The notes: generated by a model not told the origin, from the sequence alone. 64,000 bases of DNA from Candidatus Omnitrophota bacterium (GCA_963805065.1 CAWDSS010000010.1:728359-792358), one strand, 5' to 3'; positions 9,059 through 19,005 are shown, counted from the first letter of the stretch. Made by a program: numbers and translations.

Positions 9059-10210
9059 ATGAGCAAATTATCAAGGATAAGGCAGTTGGTAGCGCGTATA
9101 GAAGCGCAAGAAGGCACGGCAGAAAACCTAAACGCTTCTGATGCGGGATTCCTAGTGGACTATGTACCAAAGGTAAGCTTTGAGCCGGAGATGTACCAGC
9201 GGGATCCGGTGCGGGAATCTTTGACAAAAATCGGAAAAATCAGCGGCAAGCGCATTGCCGGGTTTGATTTCAGCATGAAGTTAAAGGGCTCAGGCTCAAT
9301 TGCAACTATGCTGAAGGAAGCGCCGTTAGTCAGGGCCTGCGGCCATGAGGTCAATGTCTTAAAAAAGATCTCAATCGGCGCAGTAACCGGAGGACCTTTT
9401 AAGCACGGTGAAAGAATTACTGGAGGAACATCCGGCGCACAAGCAAGGGTGGTTGTTGATACGCCTAACGGCATAACTACGCTTTATTTCGTGGCGATAA
9501 GCGGTGTAATTCAAAATAATGAAACCGTTACTGGGCAGACTTCCGGCGCAAGCGCGCAAACTAGTTCAGCCGGTTCCAATGCCGGATACGAGATAAAGCC
9601 CTTAAGCAGAAACGCGCCCTCTTTAACCATGGCCTCTTATGAAGACGGCGTGCGCAAACTCTTAAGGGGTTGCCGGGGTTCTTTAAAGTTTACCTTAAAA
9701 CTTGGCTCGCCTATTGCCATGGATTTTAAGTTCATGGGCGTTGAGGCCGGGGTAATTGATGTGGCTTTGCTGGAAGGCGTTGACTACGGCACGACAGAAG
9801 AGCCGGTTATCCTGGGAGCGAGCTTTGCTGTTGCCGGAGTCTCGCTTAATGTCGGCTCAATCGATATCGATATCGCCAATAAACTCTCGCCCCGGGATAA
9901 GATTGACGACCCTAGTGGCATTCTCTCTTACATAATCACCGACCGCCAGCCTGCAGGGAACATGGATCCTGAAATGCTTTCTGTAGCCGAGCATGATTTC
10001 CACGGCAATTGGCTAAACAACGTCAAGATGCCTTTTGATTTTTCCTACGGCACAGCCGACGGAAATAAATTCCGCTTCTATGCACCGGCAATCCAATACA
10101 CAAAAGTTGAGGATGCAGATAAAGAAGGCATCCAGATTGCGCAGGTTGCCTTTGATTTAACCGGCTCATTCAGTCCGGGCGATGATGAGTATTGTGTTTT
10201 GTGTTTATAA
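9059..10210 (+). CDS. putative major tail (tube) protein
   Basis: 383 aa, immediately upstream of the chaperone pair and the tape measure. It carries an internal duplicated segment (GERITGGTSGAQARVVV / NETVTGQTSGASAQ). Confidence 0.5.
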   Translation: MSKLSRIRQLVARIEAQEGTAENLNASDAGFLVDYVPKVSFEPEMYQRDPVRESLTKIGKISGKRIAGFDFSMKLKGSGSIATMLKEAPLVRACGHEVNVLKKISIGAVTGGPFKHGERITGGTSGAQARVVVDTPNGITTLYFVAISGVIQNNETVTGQTSGASAQTSSAGSNAGYEIKPLSRNAPSLTMASYEDGVRKLLRGCRGSLKFTLKLGSPIAMDFKFMGVEAGVIDVALLEGVDYGTTEEPVILGASFAVAGVSLNVGSIDIDIANKLSPRDKIDDPSGILSYIITDRQPAGNMDPEMLSVAEHDFHGNWLNNVKMPFDFSYGTADGNKFRFYAPAIQYTKVEDADKEGIQIAQVAFDLTGSFSPGDDEYCVLCL

Positions 10211-10235
10211 CTAATAACTAAGAAGGAGGAGTGCG

Positions 10236-10661
10236 ATGCTTACAGGAATTGATATCAATGCCACCAGAAAATTTATCTCAAAACTTGACCCCGATCAGAA
10301 TAACCCGACGGTGTTTCATATCGGAGTACTGGATCCGGTGCTGCGCGCCGAGGTTGATGACGAAAGCTCAACCTATGAGTTAAGCTCCCGCAACCCCAAT
10401 GACAAAGCAAAGGTGCGGCTTAACTGGAATAAACGTCAGATTACCGCCATAAAGTTTGGGCTTAGGGGTCTTGAAAACTTCCTTGATCCGCAGACAAATA
10501 ATTCGGTGGAGTTAAACTTTGACACCATTCAATACGCCGGAAAAATGCGCCAGGCTGTGCCTGACAGGATCATTGCTATGTTTTCAAATGAGCTGCGACA
10601 GGAGCTGGCTGAGGCAGTTCTTAACGAGTCAAAACTTTCCGAGGAAGAACGAAAAAACTGA
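10236..10661 (+). CDS. tail assembly chaperone (gpG-like)
   Basis: 141 aa directly before the tape measure. It ends with the slippery heptamer A_AAA_AAC followed by TGA. Confidence 0.6.
   Translation: MLTGIDINATRKFISKLDPDQNNPTVFHIGVLDPVLRAEVDDESSTYELSSRNPNDKAKVRLNWNKRQITAIKFGLRGLENFLDPQTNNSVELNFDTIQYAGKMRQAVPDRIIAMFSNELRQELAEAVLNESKLSEEERKN
10652..10658 (+). promoter_or_regulatory. -1 programmed ribosomal frameshift slippery site A_AAA_AAC
   Basis: The zero-frame codons are cgA AAA AAC tga. A -1 slip reads AAA AAA CTG ATC TTG and enters the 10664 ORF frame. Confidence 0.55.
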
Positions 10662-10663
10662 TC

Positions 10664-10987
10664 TTGGCAGTTCACATTGCTGAACTTACTGTGGGCTGCC
10701 ATGGATGCCTAGCAGGTAAAAAGACGACTTGCGAGTTTGAGATCCCGGGGCAGGAGTTCTGGAAGTTTGAAGGAAAGCAGTATCAGGGTTGCCCTTTTAA
10801 GCAGGTTACTGATTTATCCGCTAATTTTTTGAGGGCATACAATTTTTATAAAAACGGCTATCTTCCCAACAAGGGGAGCTGGCTGGAGCAGCCGGCAAAG
10901 TTCATTGAGGCACTTGAGGTAATAGAAAACGAGCTTGCGGAAATAAGGCAGGACGAGATAAGGAAATACCGACATGCCCACAAATAG
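10664..10987 (+). CDS. frameshift extension of the tail chaperone (gpT-like part of G-T fusion)
   Basis: It has no ATG (the track start is TTG) and lies in the -1 frame relative to 10236-10661. It overlaps the tape measure start. Confidence 0.55.
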   Translation: MAVHIAELTVGCHGCLAGKKTTCEFEIPGQEFWKFEGKQYQGCPFKQVTDLSANFLRAYNFYKNGYLPNKGSWLEQPAKFIEALEVIENELAEIRQDEIRKYRHAHK

Positions 10988-12524
10988 GGAACTCTCCATA
11001 ATTATGCGCCTGAAAGATGAGGTGACGAAGCAGCTTCAGGGCGTAGAAGCCGGTTTGCAGAAGCTTGCTAACTCAACTCATAAACTAGGCCTAAATATGC
11101 GCCAGGTAGGCAGGGAGATTTCACAGGTAGGGCAGACTTTGGCTTTTGTGGGTGCGGCCATAACTGGTCCTTTGGCCTTAGCTTTTAAATCCTCGGAAAA
11201 ATACTCTCTTTCCGTCTCAAACGAGCTTAAGCGCTTGGATAACGCCTTTATTGCTTTACGCTTAAGCATTGCCGAGGCCTTGGTGCCGGTTGTGCATACT
11301 CTAGCCAATGTCTTTGGCAACCTGCTTGCGGCCTGGAATAGTATCCCTGCAGCAACCCAGCAGATGATTGTCCAAGGGGTAGCAATTACAGGAATATTTC
11401 TTACATTAAGCGGAGTTACTGTGGCGCTTATCGGCCGTCTAATCAGGGTGGGGGGGATTATTTTAGATTTGGTGAGCAAGTTTGCTTTGTTTGCCTTGGC
11501 CAATCCTTGGCTGGTGGCAATTGCTGCAATAGTCGCAGGCTTAATTGTAGTCTTTCTTAAATTCAGGGATGTGGCAGTGCCAGTGCTTAATGCAGTTGAG
11601 ATCGGAGCGGAGATGGTTTATATCGGCTTTGTAAAACTTATCAAATACCTCTTAGTGGGTTTTAATCAAATCTGCCTTGGTTTGCAGAAATTCTACGAGC
11701 TTCTAGGTAAGATCCCGGGTAAATTAGGCGAGCCTTACCGGGAGGCATCGGAGAATATCCAAAAATTCAGGGATAACTTAGAAGGTTTAATCAAGGCCTC
11801 GGATGCCGAGATGGACAAGGCCGGCAATAAAATATCGGACATCTTTATTACCGGCGAAGGAAGTTTGGTTAAAGGCTATGATAAGGCGCGCAATGCCATC
11901 GGTAATTTTATCAACTCGCTTAAAAACTTAGGCAAGAATGTCAAGATTGATGAGGTGGCGCAGTCCTTTGATGCCATAAAGGCAATAGGCGAGGGAACTG
12001 CACGGTCATTAGGCTCGTCTTTTAAACATTTCTTTAGTGATGCTTTTAAAGGCCAGTTGGATGATGCCAAGGACTATTTTGCGGAGTTCGGCAACATGAT
12101 GCTGGATGTTTTGGCAGAGGTTTTGGCAAAGATTCTCCTGATTAAAACAATCGGCGCGATATTCCCGAGCATGATTTCGTTCTTCCATCAGGGAGGCATG
12201 GTTTATCACACAGGAGGACCTATTCAGCCGATATTTGCGCATACAGGCCTTAGCCCTGATGAGGTGCCGATCATTGCCCAGTCAGGCGAGGGGGTAGTCT
12301 CAAGGCGAGGGATGTCAGTTTTAGGCGTAAATAATCTAAAGAAGTTAAATCGCGGAGAGGATGTTTCTGCAGGCAGCCAGATCTTTAATGTTTATATCAA
12401 TGCCAATGACGCAAAGTCTTTTAAGGATATGTTAGTGCAGCATCCGGATGTGTTTGAGAACGCGATAATTGATGCCTTAAACAAGAATAAGCCCATAAGA
12501 AGCGCAATCAGGAATAGTCTATGA
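10974..12524 (+). CDS. tail tape measure protein
   Basis: 516 aa with helical N- and C-terminal parts and a central hydrophobic block. Position follows the chaperone pair. Confidence 0.8.
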   Translation: MPTNRELSIIMRLKDEVTKQLQGVEAGLQKLANSTHKLGLNMRQVGREISQVGQTLAFVGAAITGPLALAFKSSEKYSLSVSNELKRLDNAFIALRLSIAEALVPVVHTLANVFGNLLAAWNSIPAATQQMIVQGVAITGIFLTLSGVTVALIGRLIRVGGIILDLVSKFALFALANPWLVAIAAIVAGLIVVFLKFRDVAVPVLNAVEIGAEMVYIGFVKLIKYLLVGFNQICLGLQKFYELLGKIPGKLGEPYREASENIQKFRDNLEGLIKASDAEMDKAGNKISDIFITGEGSLVKGYDKARNAIGNFINSLKNLGKNVKIDEVAQSFDAIKAIGEGTARSLGSSFKHFFSDAFKGQLDDAKDYFAEFGNMMLDVLAEVLAKILLIKTIGAIFPSMISFFHQGGMVYHTGGPIQPIFAHTGLSPDEVPIIAQSGEGVVSRRGMSVLGVNNLKKLNRGEDVSAGSQIFNVYINANDAKSFKDMLVQHPDVFENAIIDALNKNKPIRSAIRNSL

Positions 12525-13102
12525 GCACGGAAATTCTAACCTTTACGCCGATGTTCGGCTTGAAAGAGGATGCAGAGTTCTCAACTCTTATTTTTCAAGC
12601 AGACTCAGGAAGAGAGAAACGCAGATCCAAGTGGTCAAAGCCCATACGCACGCTTGACTGCTGGCTTGAGAATGAAAACGAAGAAGCGGTTAATTTAATC
12701 TGGGAATTCTTTAAGGCACGCAAAGGTAAATATGACACTTTTTGGGTAAAGTTTCCGACGAGTTTCAGGGTCAGTGCAGAAGCAGTGGGAATCGGCAATG
12801 ACTCTCAGACAATATTCAACTTTGATTATTTCCCGGTTGACCTGTCTTCAATCAAAGTTTATCTAAACGGCGTATTGCAGCTATCAGGCTATACAGTCGC
12901 TAACGATCTGACAAATGAAATAGCCAAGATAACTTTTAGTGTTCCTCCGGGCGCGGGTGTGGCAGTTACCGCGGATTATGAATACTTCATCCAGGTGCGC
13001 TTTGATGATGACAAGCTCTCAAGGGAATTGGTGCAGTATAAGTTATATAACACCACTTTAAAATTTAAAGAGGTGCTTTGGAATATTTATCAGGCGCCTT
13101 AA
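12521..13102 (+). CDS. distal tail protein, RcGTA g12 / DUF2460-like
   Basis: 193 aa. It overlaps the tape measure stop. The pattern SGRE.RRSKW..P.R......E....L..FF.ARKGKYDTF resembles DUF2460. Confidence 0.5.
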   Translation: MSTEILTFTPMFGLKEDAEFSTLIFQADSGREKRRSKWSKPIRTLDCWLENENEEAVNLIWEFFKARKGKYDTFWVKFPTSFRVSAEAVGIGNDSQTIFNFDYFPVDLSSIKVYLNGVLQLSGYTVANDLTNEIAKITFSVPPGAGVAVTADYEYFIQVRFDDDKLSRELVQYKLYNTTLKFKEVLWNIYQAP

Positions 13103-13111
13103 ATAAGAAAA

Positions 13112-13990
13112 ATGCAGGAATTAACCACCCAGTATAAAGATGAAGCGCAGAAACAGGAAAACAGTCCTATTGAACTGTACGACTTTTATTTAGGTGGGCA
13201 AGGCGCCTGCGATGCAAACACCTTTTATTTCTGCACGGACAATAAAAGGTGCCAGTTCTGGAACTTAGACGGAGTCTTACAGTATTACATTCCGCTGGGA
13301 ATAAAGCGTTCAGCTGTACCAGCAAGCAATCAACTGGAAATTGAGGCAGTGTCAGGCGAGTTTGACAATGTGGACCGAGCTTGGAGTAACTGGCTGAACA
13401 CAATTGATCTAAGAGGCAGGCGGGTGGTTATCCGCAAGGTTTTTCTCGACCTGCTTACAGATCAGACGCATGCCAAAGTAATGTTTGACGGGATTATTAA
13501 CGCTGTAGCCGAGTTAACCGAACTAAGCGTCAAAATAGAATGCAAGTCAAAACTCAAGTCTTTGGCAGTTGAAACCGGACGCATGCAGCAGCTTTACTGC
13601 AACTATATTTATGGAGATGAGTTTTGCCAGTTTAATGTCGCCGGCACAAGGATAACCGGGCAGGTAATCGGATATGGTTCTACAACAGGTTTTATCATCG
13701 ACTTATCACGGACAGAGGCAGATGATTTTTGGAATGACGGAGTGATTCAGTTTGAGCAGGGCGTAAACGCAGGCCTCAAAAGAAAGGTAGTCGATTTTAT
13801 TCTTGGAGAACACAAACTGATTTTAGATTACGCTTTACCGCAGGCACCGGAGGTCGGCGACACCTATTCAGTAGAAAAAGGCTGTGACAAGTCCTTTGAT
13901 GTCTGCAAAAACCGGCATAATAACCAAGCGAATTTCGGCGGGTTTAAACATATCCCGCAGCTGATAAATCCGATTAGCAAGGAAGAATGA
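13112..13990 (+). CDS. tail protein, DUF2163 + BR0599-type C-terminus (RcGTA g13-like)
   Basis: The C-terminal CDKSFDVCKNRHNNQANFGGFKHIPQ matches the BR0599 signature (C..C...N..NFGGF..IP). Confidence 0.65.
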   Translation: MQELTTQYKDEAQKQENSPIELYDFYLGGQGACDANTFYFCTDNKRCQFWNLDGVLQYYIPLGIKRSAVPASNQLEIEAVSGEFDNVDRAWSNWLNTIDLRGRRVVIRKVFLDLLTDQTHAKVMFDGIINAVAELTELSVKIECKSKLKSLAVETGRMQQLYCNYIYGDEFCQFNVAGTRITGQVIGYGSTTGFIIDLSRTEADDFWNDGVIQFEQGVNAGLKRKVVDFILGEHKLILDYALPQAPEVGDTYSVEKGCDKSFDVCKNRHNNQANFGGFKHIPQLINPISKEE

Positions 13991-16900
13991 AAAAGCTCGA
14001 TAATGAACTCTTAAATAAACTGGTGGGTATTAAATGGCTTGAGGACGGCCGGGACTTTAACGGCACAGACTGTGTGGGCCTGGTGCAGCTTTATTTTAAT
14101 GCAAAAGGGGTTAAAGGAATCGCGCCTAAGATCAGCGAAGTTGAGCAAGCTAAGCAGGATGAAATTCTTAAAAAAGTTATTGAGACGAACACCATTGTAA
14201 GTAAAGACGATCTTCAGGCAGAGGATGTTTTAGTTTTTAAAATTAATGAAGAGCTACATGTAGGGCTTTATTTAGGCTACGGCCGGATGCTGCATGCGCG
14301 TAAAGACGGGAAGTCCAGGATTTCCCGGCTCACGCCCTCTTGGGAAAAATACTTTTTATTCGCTATCCGCGAAAAAGACGGACAAATTTACATCCCGCCT
14401 GCAGGCCCGCCGGCTGCTATTGCTGTTGCCCTGGTAATTGCAGATTACGCTGCTGCCTCATTTATCGCCGGAGGTTTAATTTCCTTATCCTTAACGACCA
14501 TAGGCTGCCTTATCGGCACAGCCATGATCGGTTATTCTATAGGCTTGGCCATTCAAACCAGGCAGCAGTCAGGCTCAGGCGGATCCTCTGCCAGCCCTAG
14601 ATACAGCTTTGGCGAACTGCAGACTACCTCGACCAATCAGTATCCGGTGCCGGTACTTTACGGCGAGGCGCGCTTAGCCGGAAACATCGTTTTTCAAAAT
14701 CCGGTGATGGGTGGCGAGCAGATAGATTTATTAATCGTCCTTTGCCAAGGCGAAATTGAAAGTATCACCGATGTGCGTTTAAACGGCGAGCCGATTGGAA
14801 GCTTCCCGGGCTGCTCGTATCATTCTTTCTTAGGTACGCCGACACAAAATGTGCAAGACGATACCGGCCTTGATTTAGACGGTATCCAGTACCGCAATAC
14901 TGCCATGCTGCATGTGCATCTTGAGACTTCTGATAAATTAAAAGGCGGAAGGCCTAATATTACCTGCGTATGCCGTGGTAGGAAAGTTTCAACATGGAGC
15001 GGATCAATCTGGACAACGCTAAAGGCTTATTCGGATAATCCTTCAGCCTGCATTAGGGATTATCTCTTAATGAAGCTGCAGATAGGCGGGTGCGGGTATT
15101 TAGCAGCTGACATTGATGATTTGGCATTTGCCGAGGTTTATGATCATTGTCAGGAACTGGTAAGCGATGGCCAAGGAGGGCAGGAGCCAAGATATACGGT
15201 TTCCTTCTGCATAGATCAGAAACGCGCAGCCTCGGATAACTTAAGCGAGATGCTGGTAGGTTTTGCCGGAGCACTCATTCGGTCCGGCTCAAAACTAAAG
15301 CTGATCATCGCCAAACCGCAGGCAGCAGTGGCTTCATTCGATGAAGATGATATCCGTGATTTAAGGATTATTCAAAAAGGTCTGGATCAGAAGATTAACC
15401 GTTTCGGTATTGAATACTTTGATCCTACGCAGGATGATGCACGGATTCTCGCCTGGGGAGCAGAGGATAAGGTAGACCAGGATGAGCGGGGGTTGGTTGA
15501 GCAGACTTTAACTATACCGTCAATTAACCGTAAAACACAGGCCTCAAGGTTAAGCAACCAGTATTTTTATGAGTTAAAGCTTTGCCCTTTATCAGTTGAA
15601 TTTACTACTTCCTTAAATGCCGTAGGCCAAGAGATAGGGGATGTAATCGAGGTCACGCATTCGCTCATGGGCTGGACGAATAAACAGTTTATCATCCAGC
15701 GCATTGAAGAGGATGAAAAGGATGTCTATAAAATCACCGCGCAGGAATACAATTCATCTATTTACAATGATCGGCATGGAGCAACTATTGAGACATTTGA
15801 TTACGGCACTCCCGCAAACCCCTATGCCGCGGTTACAGATGTAGGCAATCTCGTTATTTCAGAAAGCGACTATTATTTGCATAAGGACGGTACCGTGGGT
15901 TCCGATATCTTAGTTTCATTCGACGCTCCGGCAGATGATTCCCGCGTGTTTTTAAGTCATTATCAAATTGAGCTCAAAAAGGGTTCAGGAGATTATATCG
16001 TTATAGGAACCACGAATAATACTAATTTTACGATCTATGGGGTAGAAGATGAGCAGACTTATTATATAAAAGTCAGAACTGTCTCAGTAAACGGAATTAT
16101 ATCAGACGGAACGGTTTCTTTACCTTTAACGGTGCTTGGAAAACTTTCCCCTCCGGCAAATGTAAGTAATTTTGGTTATACCTTCACAAATGAAATCGTA
16201 TTTAAATGGGATAGGAATACGGAAAAAGACCTGGGGGGATATGAGATAAGGCTAGAGGATGCAGACTGGGGAGTGCAAAACAGTAACCTCATATATAACG
16301 GATTAAGCAATAAATTCACCATTGTTTCTCCTGCGTCCAGGACGCCGGGTACTTACTATATCAAGGCTTTTGACACTTCCGGTAATTACTCCCAAGCAGC
16401 GCAGTCTGTAACGCCGGTGAACGCGGCTCCTTCAGCGCCGAGCATAGCGGCTACACAGTGGTTCGGGTTTGCCAAGATTGAATGGACTGATGTTAATGAT
16501 ACGGATTTAAAGCATTACGAGGTTTATAAGTCCCCAACCAATGTCTGGGCTGGAGAAGAGTCTCTAGAGGCAAAGATTCCAGGGACAGAAGTCATAGTTC
16601 AGGGTAATGCTCCGGTTGACGCCCAGGCTGATGCGGCAGATGCAACAAGCATTACGGATGCCGGTATAGCAGGTTACGGCCCTAATTACTTTGCCGGCGA
16701 CGTGATCGTGCAGATAAGTGGAACATATAAAGGCCAGGAGGCAGTAGTCTCGGCCTATAACAATTCAACCGGGCAGGTATCAGTAGCTTCCTGGCCGTCA
16801 GGAATACCTAGTGTCAATGATGAGTTTGTAATCAAAGACAAGGCTTATTATAAGGTAAGGGCGGTTGATGCTTTCGGCCCGGGAAGCTTTTCTTCCGCGG

Positions 16901-18075
16901 TTACCATAAACTTTACGCCTTTAAGCGAAGCAGAAATAGGCGATGCTATAATTTCGGCACGAAAGCTTATTGCTGGTGAGTTGATTACTTTATCCGCGCA
17001 GATAAAAGATCTCATTGTGACTAATGCCAAGATTTACGATTTAGACGGCGCAAAAATTCACGCTGAGTCAATTACACTTTCCAAGTTAGCCAGTGATGCA
17101 ATCCCGCCTAAAACGTATTATCAAGACAGCGAGCCTGCCTCCGGTATGAATGAAGGCGATTATTGGATTGATACCGATGATAACAATAAGCTTTATATTT
17201 ATCAGAACAGCAGCTGGGAAGTAGTATCTGAAAGCGGAGGTGGTGGAGTAGGTATAACTATCTTTAAACAGTCCTCTATTCCTGTTTCCTTGGCCATCGG
17301 CGATTTGTGGATAGATACCGATGACGGCGATAAATTGTATAGAGCAGCAAGCGTCGGCGCTGACCAAATTGCATCCGGCGAATGGGAATTGATAAATGCT
17401 GCTACTGCCACAGGCTGGGCGCACGGCTCTGACATAACTAAGATTGACGGCGGAAAGATTTACACCGACTCCATTACTGCTGACAAGATAGACGTCAATC
17501 AATTGGATGCCTTGGCTGTCAATACTGGCAGTCTTACTGTAGATGAATATATAAAGAGCTCTGATTATGTGGCTGGCACTACAGGGTATAAATTGAGTTC
17601 AGGGTCCGGCTTAGAAGTAAATACCGGAGTAATAAAAGGGCAGGTTTTAGAAACCAACGCCATTTCCGAAATAATAACCGCTACTGCCACAAATAAATCC
17701 ACAGGTAGCACTTCTTATGTGGATTTAATCAGCACGCAGATTACCACGCCGGATGCGACTAAATTATTAATATTATTTCAGGCAGGAGATTTAAGGCTGG
17801 ATTATCAGGAAGACCAATCTGACTGGATAGATATCCAGGTTTTAATTAACAGTGTTGAGAAAACCGGAGCCAGAGTTGGCGGGCTTTTTGCTGATATTTC
17901 CGGGGGTATACTTTTTTACAATCAAAGGCTTCCCACTCAAATTCATCACTGGGAAGCAGTCAACGCAGGCACATATACAGTCCTTGTCCGCTGGAAGGTG
18001 GGAAGATCAGGTATCACTGCTTATGCAGGCGACTCTTTTGCCGTAAAACTTTCATTGATGCAGAATAAAAAGTGA
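13987..18075 (+). CDS. NlpC/P60 peptidase fused to host-specificity/central tail fibre protein (RcGTA g14+g15-like)
   Basis: The N-terminal NlpC/P60 pattern is NGTDCVGLV...HVGLYLG...MLHA. A hydrophobic segment, a large g15/gpJ-like body, FN3-like repeats and two WIDTDD..KLY repeats follow. Confidence 0.75.
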   Translation: MKKLDNELLNKLVGIKWLEDGRDFNGTDCVGLVQLYFNAKGVKGIAPKISEVEQAKQDEILKKVIETNTIVSKDDLQAEDVLVFKINEELHVGLYLGYGRMLHARKDGKSRISRLTPSWEKYFLFAIREKDGQIYIPPAGPPAAIAVALVIADYAAASFIAGGLISLSLTTIGCLIGTAMIGYSIGLAIQTRQQSGSGGSSASPRYSFGELQTTSTNQYPVPVLYGEARLAGNIVFQNPVMGGEQIDLLIVLCQGEIESITDVRLNGEPIGSFPGCSYHSFLGTPTQNVQDDTGLDLDGIQYRNTAMLHVHLETSDKLKGGRPNITCVCRGRKVSTWSGSIWTTLKAYSDNPSACIRDYLLMKLQIGGCGYLAADIDDLAFAEVYDHCQELVSDGQGGQEPRYTVSFCIDQKRAASDNLSEMLVGFAGALIRSGSKLKLIIAKPQAAVASFDEDDIRDLRIIQKGLDQKINRFGIEYFDPTQDDARILAWGAEDKVDQDERGLVEQTLTIPSINRKTQASRLSNQYFYELKLCPLSVEFTTSLNAVGQEIGDVIEVTHSLMGWTNKQFIIQRIEEDEKDVYKITAQEYNSSIYNDRHGATIETFDYGTPANPYAAVTDVGNLVISESDYYLHKDGTVGSDILVSFDAPADDSRVFLSHYQIELKKGSGDYIVIGTTNNTNFTIYGVEDEQTYYIKVRTVSVNGIISDGTVSLPLTVLGKLSPPANVSNFGYTFTNEIVFKWDRNTEKDLGGYEIRLEDADWGVQNSNLIYNGLSNKFTIVSPASRTPGTYYIKAFDTSGNYSQAAQSVTPVNAAPSAPSIAATQWFGFAKIEWTDVNDTDLKHYEVYKSPTNVWAGEESLEAKIPGTEVIVQGNAPVDAQADAADATSITDAGIAGYGPNYFAGDVIVQISGTYKGQEAVVSAYNNSTGQVSVASWPSGIPSVNDEFVIKDKAYYKVRAVDAFGPGSFSSAVTINFTPLSEAEIGDAIISARKLIAGELITLSAQIKDLIVTNAKIYDLDGAKIHAESITLSKLASDAIPPKTYYQDSEPASGMNEGDYWIDTDDNNKLYIYQNSSWEVVSESGGGGVGITIFKQSSIPVSLAIGDLWIDTDDGDKLYRAASVGADQIASGEWELINAATATGWAHGSDITKIDGGKIYTDSITADKIDVNQLDALAVNTGSLTVDEYIKSSDYVAGTTGYKLSSGSGLEVNTGVIKGQVLETNAISEIITATATNKSTGSTSYVDLISTQITTPDATKLLILFQAGDLRLDYQEDQSDWIDIQVLINSVEKTGARVGGLFADISGGILFYNQRLPTQIHHWEAVNAGTYTVLVRWKVGRSGITAYAGDSFAVKLSLMQNKK

Positions 18076-18082
18076 GGTGTAA

Positions 18083-18250
18083 ATGCTGGAAGAATTAAAA
18101 CAGCAGTTAAAGCGGTTAGAAGCAACAGCCGTGCAGCTAAAGGAATCTCAGGAGAGGGCGAAGGTGGCTTACTGGCAGACCGTGGGTCGTGTAGCGCAAC
18201 TCGAAGAGATTATAGAAATGCTAAAGAAAGTGGAGGAAGATAGAAAATGA
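18083..18250 (+). CDS. small coiled-coil protein (55 aa), not in ORF track
   Basis: ATG at 18083. The stop overlaps the next ATG (ATGA at 18247-18250). The sequence has heptad character (MLEELKQQLKRLEATAVQLKE...). Confidence 0.35.
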   Translation: MLEELKQQLKRLEATAVQLKESQERAKVAYWQTVGRVAQLEEIIEMLKKVEEDRK

Positions 18251-18462
18251 ACGGCGAAACCAAGATAAGATTAAAAGCCGGGCTTGTAGGCGCAGTTGTT
18301 ACTTTGGTCCTTACTCTTGCCGGGATTGCCTTTGGGTACGGGCAGTTGAATAACAGAGTGGATGCGATGGAATCAAGGATAAGCTGTATTGAGGAGATCA
18401 GGGAGCGCCTGGTAAGAGTCGAGACGCTTGTAGAGCGGATAGATAAGAAAATCGCAAATTGA
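18247..18462 (+). CDS. small single-pass membrane protein (holin/spanin-like position)
   Basis: 71 aa with one TM segment (GLVGAVVTLVLTLAGIAFGY) and a coiled-coil tail. It follows the tail fibre gene. Confidence 0.4.
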   Translation: MNGETKIRLKAGLVGAVVTLVLTLAGIAFGYGQLNNRVDAMESRISCIEEIRERLVRVETLVERIDKKIAN

Positions 18463-18474
18463 GGAGGTGGAGAA

Positions 18475-18585
18475 ATGAAGGTATTGATAGCTTTTATTCT
18501 CGGGAACATTGTTGGCGGGCTGGGGATGTTTTTCTATCTTTGGATGAAAGGCAAGGTGCAGAATGCCGGAAACCGAAAAGTTTAG
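18475..18585 (+). CDS. 36-aa single-TM peptide, not in ORF track
   Basis: A gaggagg RBS lies at 18461-18467 and the ATG at 18475. The peptide is MKVLIAFILGNIVGGLGMFFYLWMKGK.... Confidence 0.3.
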   Translation: MKVLIAFILGNIVGGLGMFFYLWMKGKVQNAGNRKV

Positions 18586-18895
18586 TTTATTCAAATTCGC
18601 CGGGAGTTTCTTTCAGCTTTTGCCGTGGGTAAAGAACTTACGTTATGTGGCCGGAATCGCGCTTATCGGCTTTGTGGGCCTGACAATTTATCGGGCATTC
18701 TTTATGCCGACGCAAACCACAAAACAGATCACCCATATAATCGCCCAGCCCGGATCTCAGATAACAGTGGATCAGAAGAAAGAGGAGAAGAAGCCCGGGA
18801 TTGAGGTTAGTCCTTTCGTTGAAGGTTACGGGTTTGTCGAGTCAGATAACAGGAAAGGAGTTGGCGGTAAAGCCGGGATAAGGGTAGAATTCTAA
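18563..18895 (+). CDS. small membrane-anchored protein
   Basis: 110 aa with a TM segment (VAGIALIGFVGLTIYRAFF). It is the last ORF of the phage-like block. Confidence 0.4.
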   Translation: MPETEKFSLFKFAGSFFQLLPWVKNLRYVAGIALIGFVGLTIYRAFFMPTQTTKQITHIIAQPGSQITVDQKKEEKKPGIEVSPFVEGYGFVESDNRKGVGGKAGIRVEF

Positions 18896-19005
18896 TAATC
18901 CGAAGAGAATTCACGAAACGTACTATCTGTATATAGAAAGTCTTTCATTACACCGTATTTCTGGGCGGCCTTACAGGAGTCACCTCTTGAATTAGAGAAA
19001 TCACC

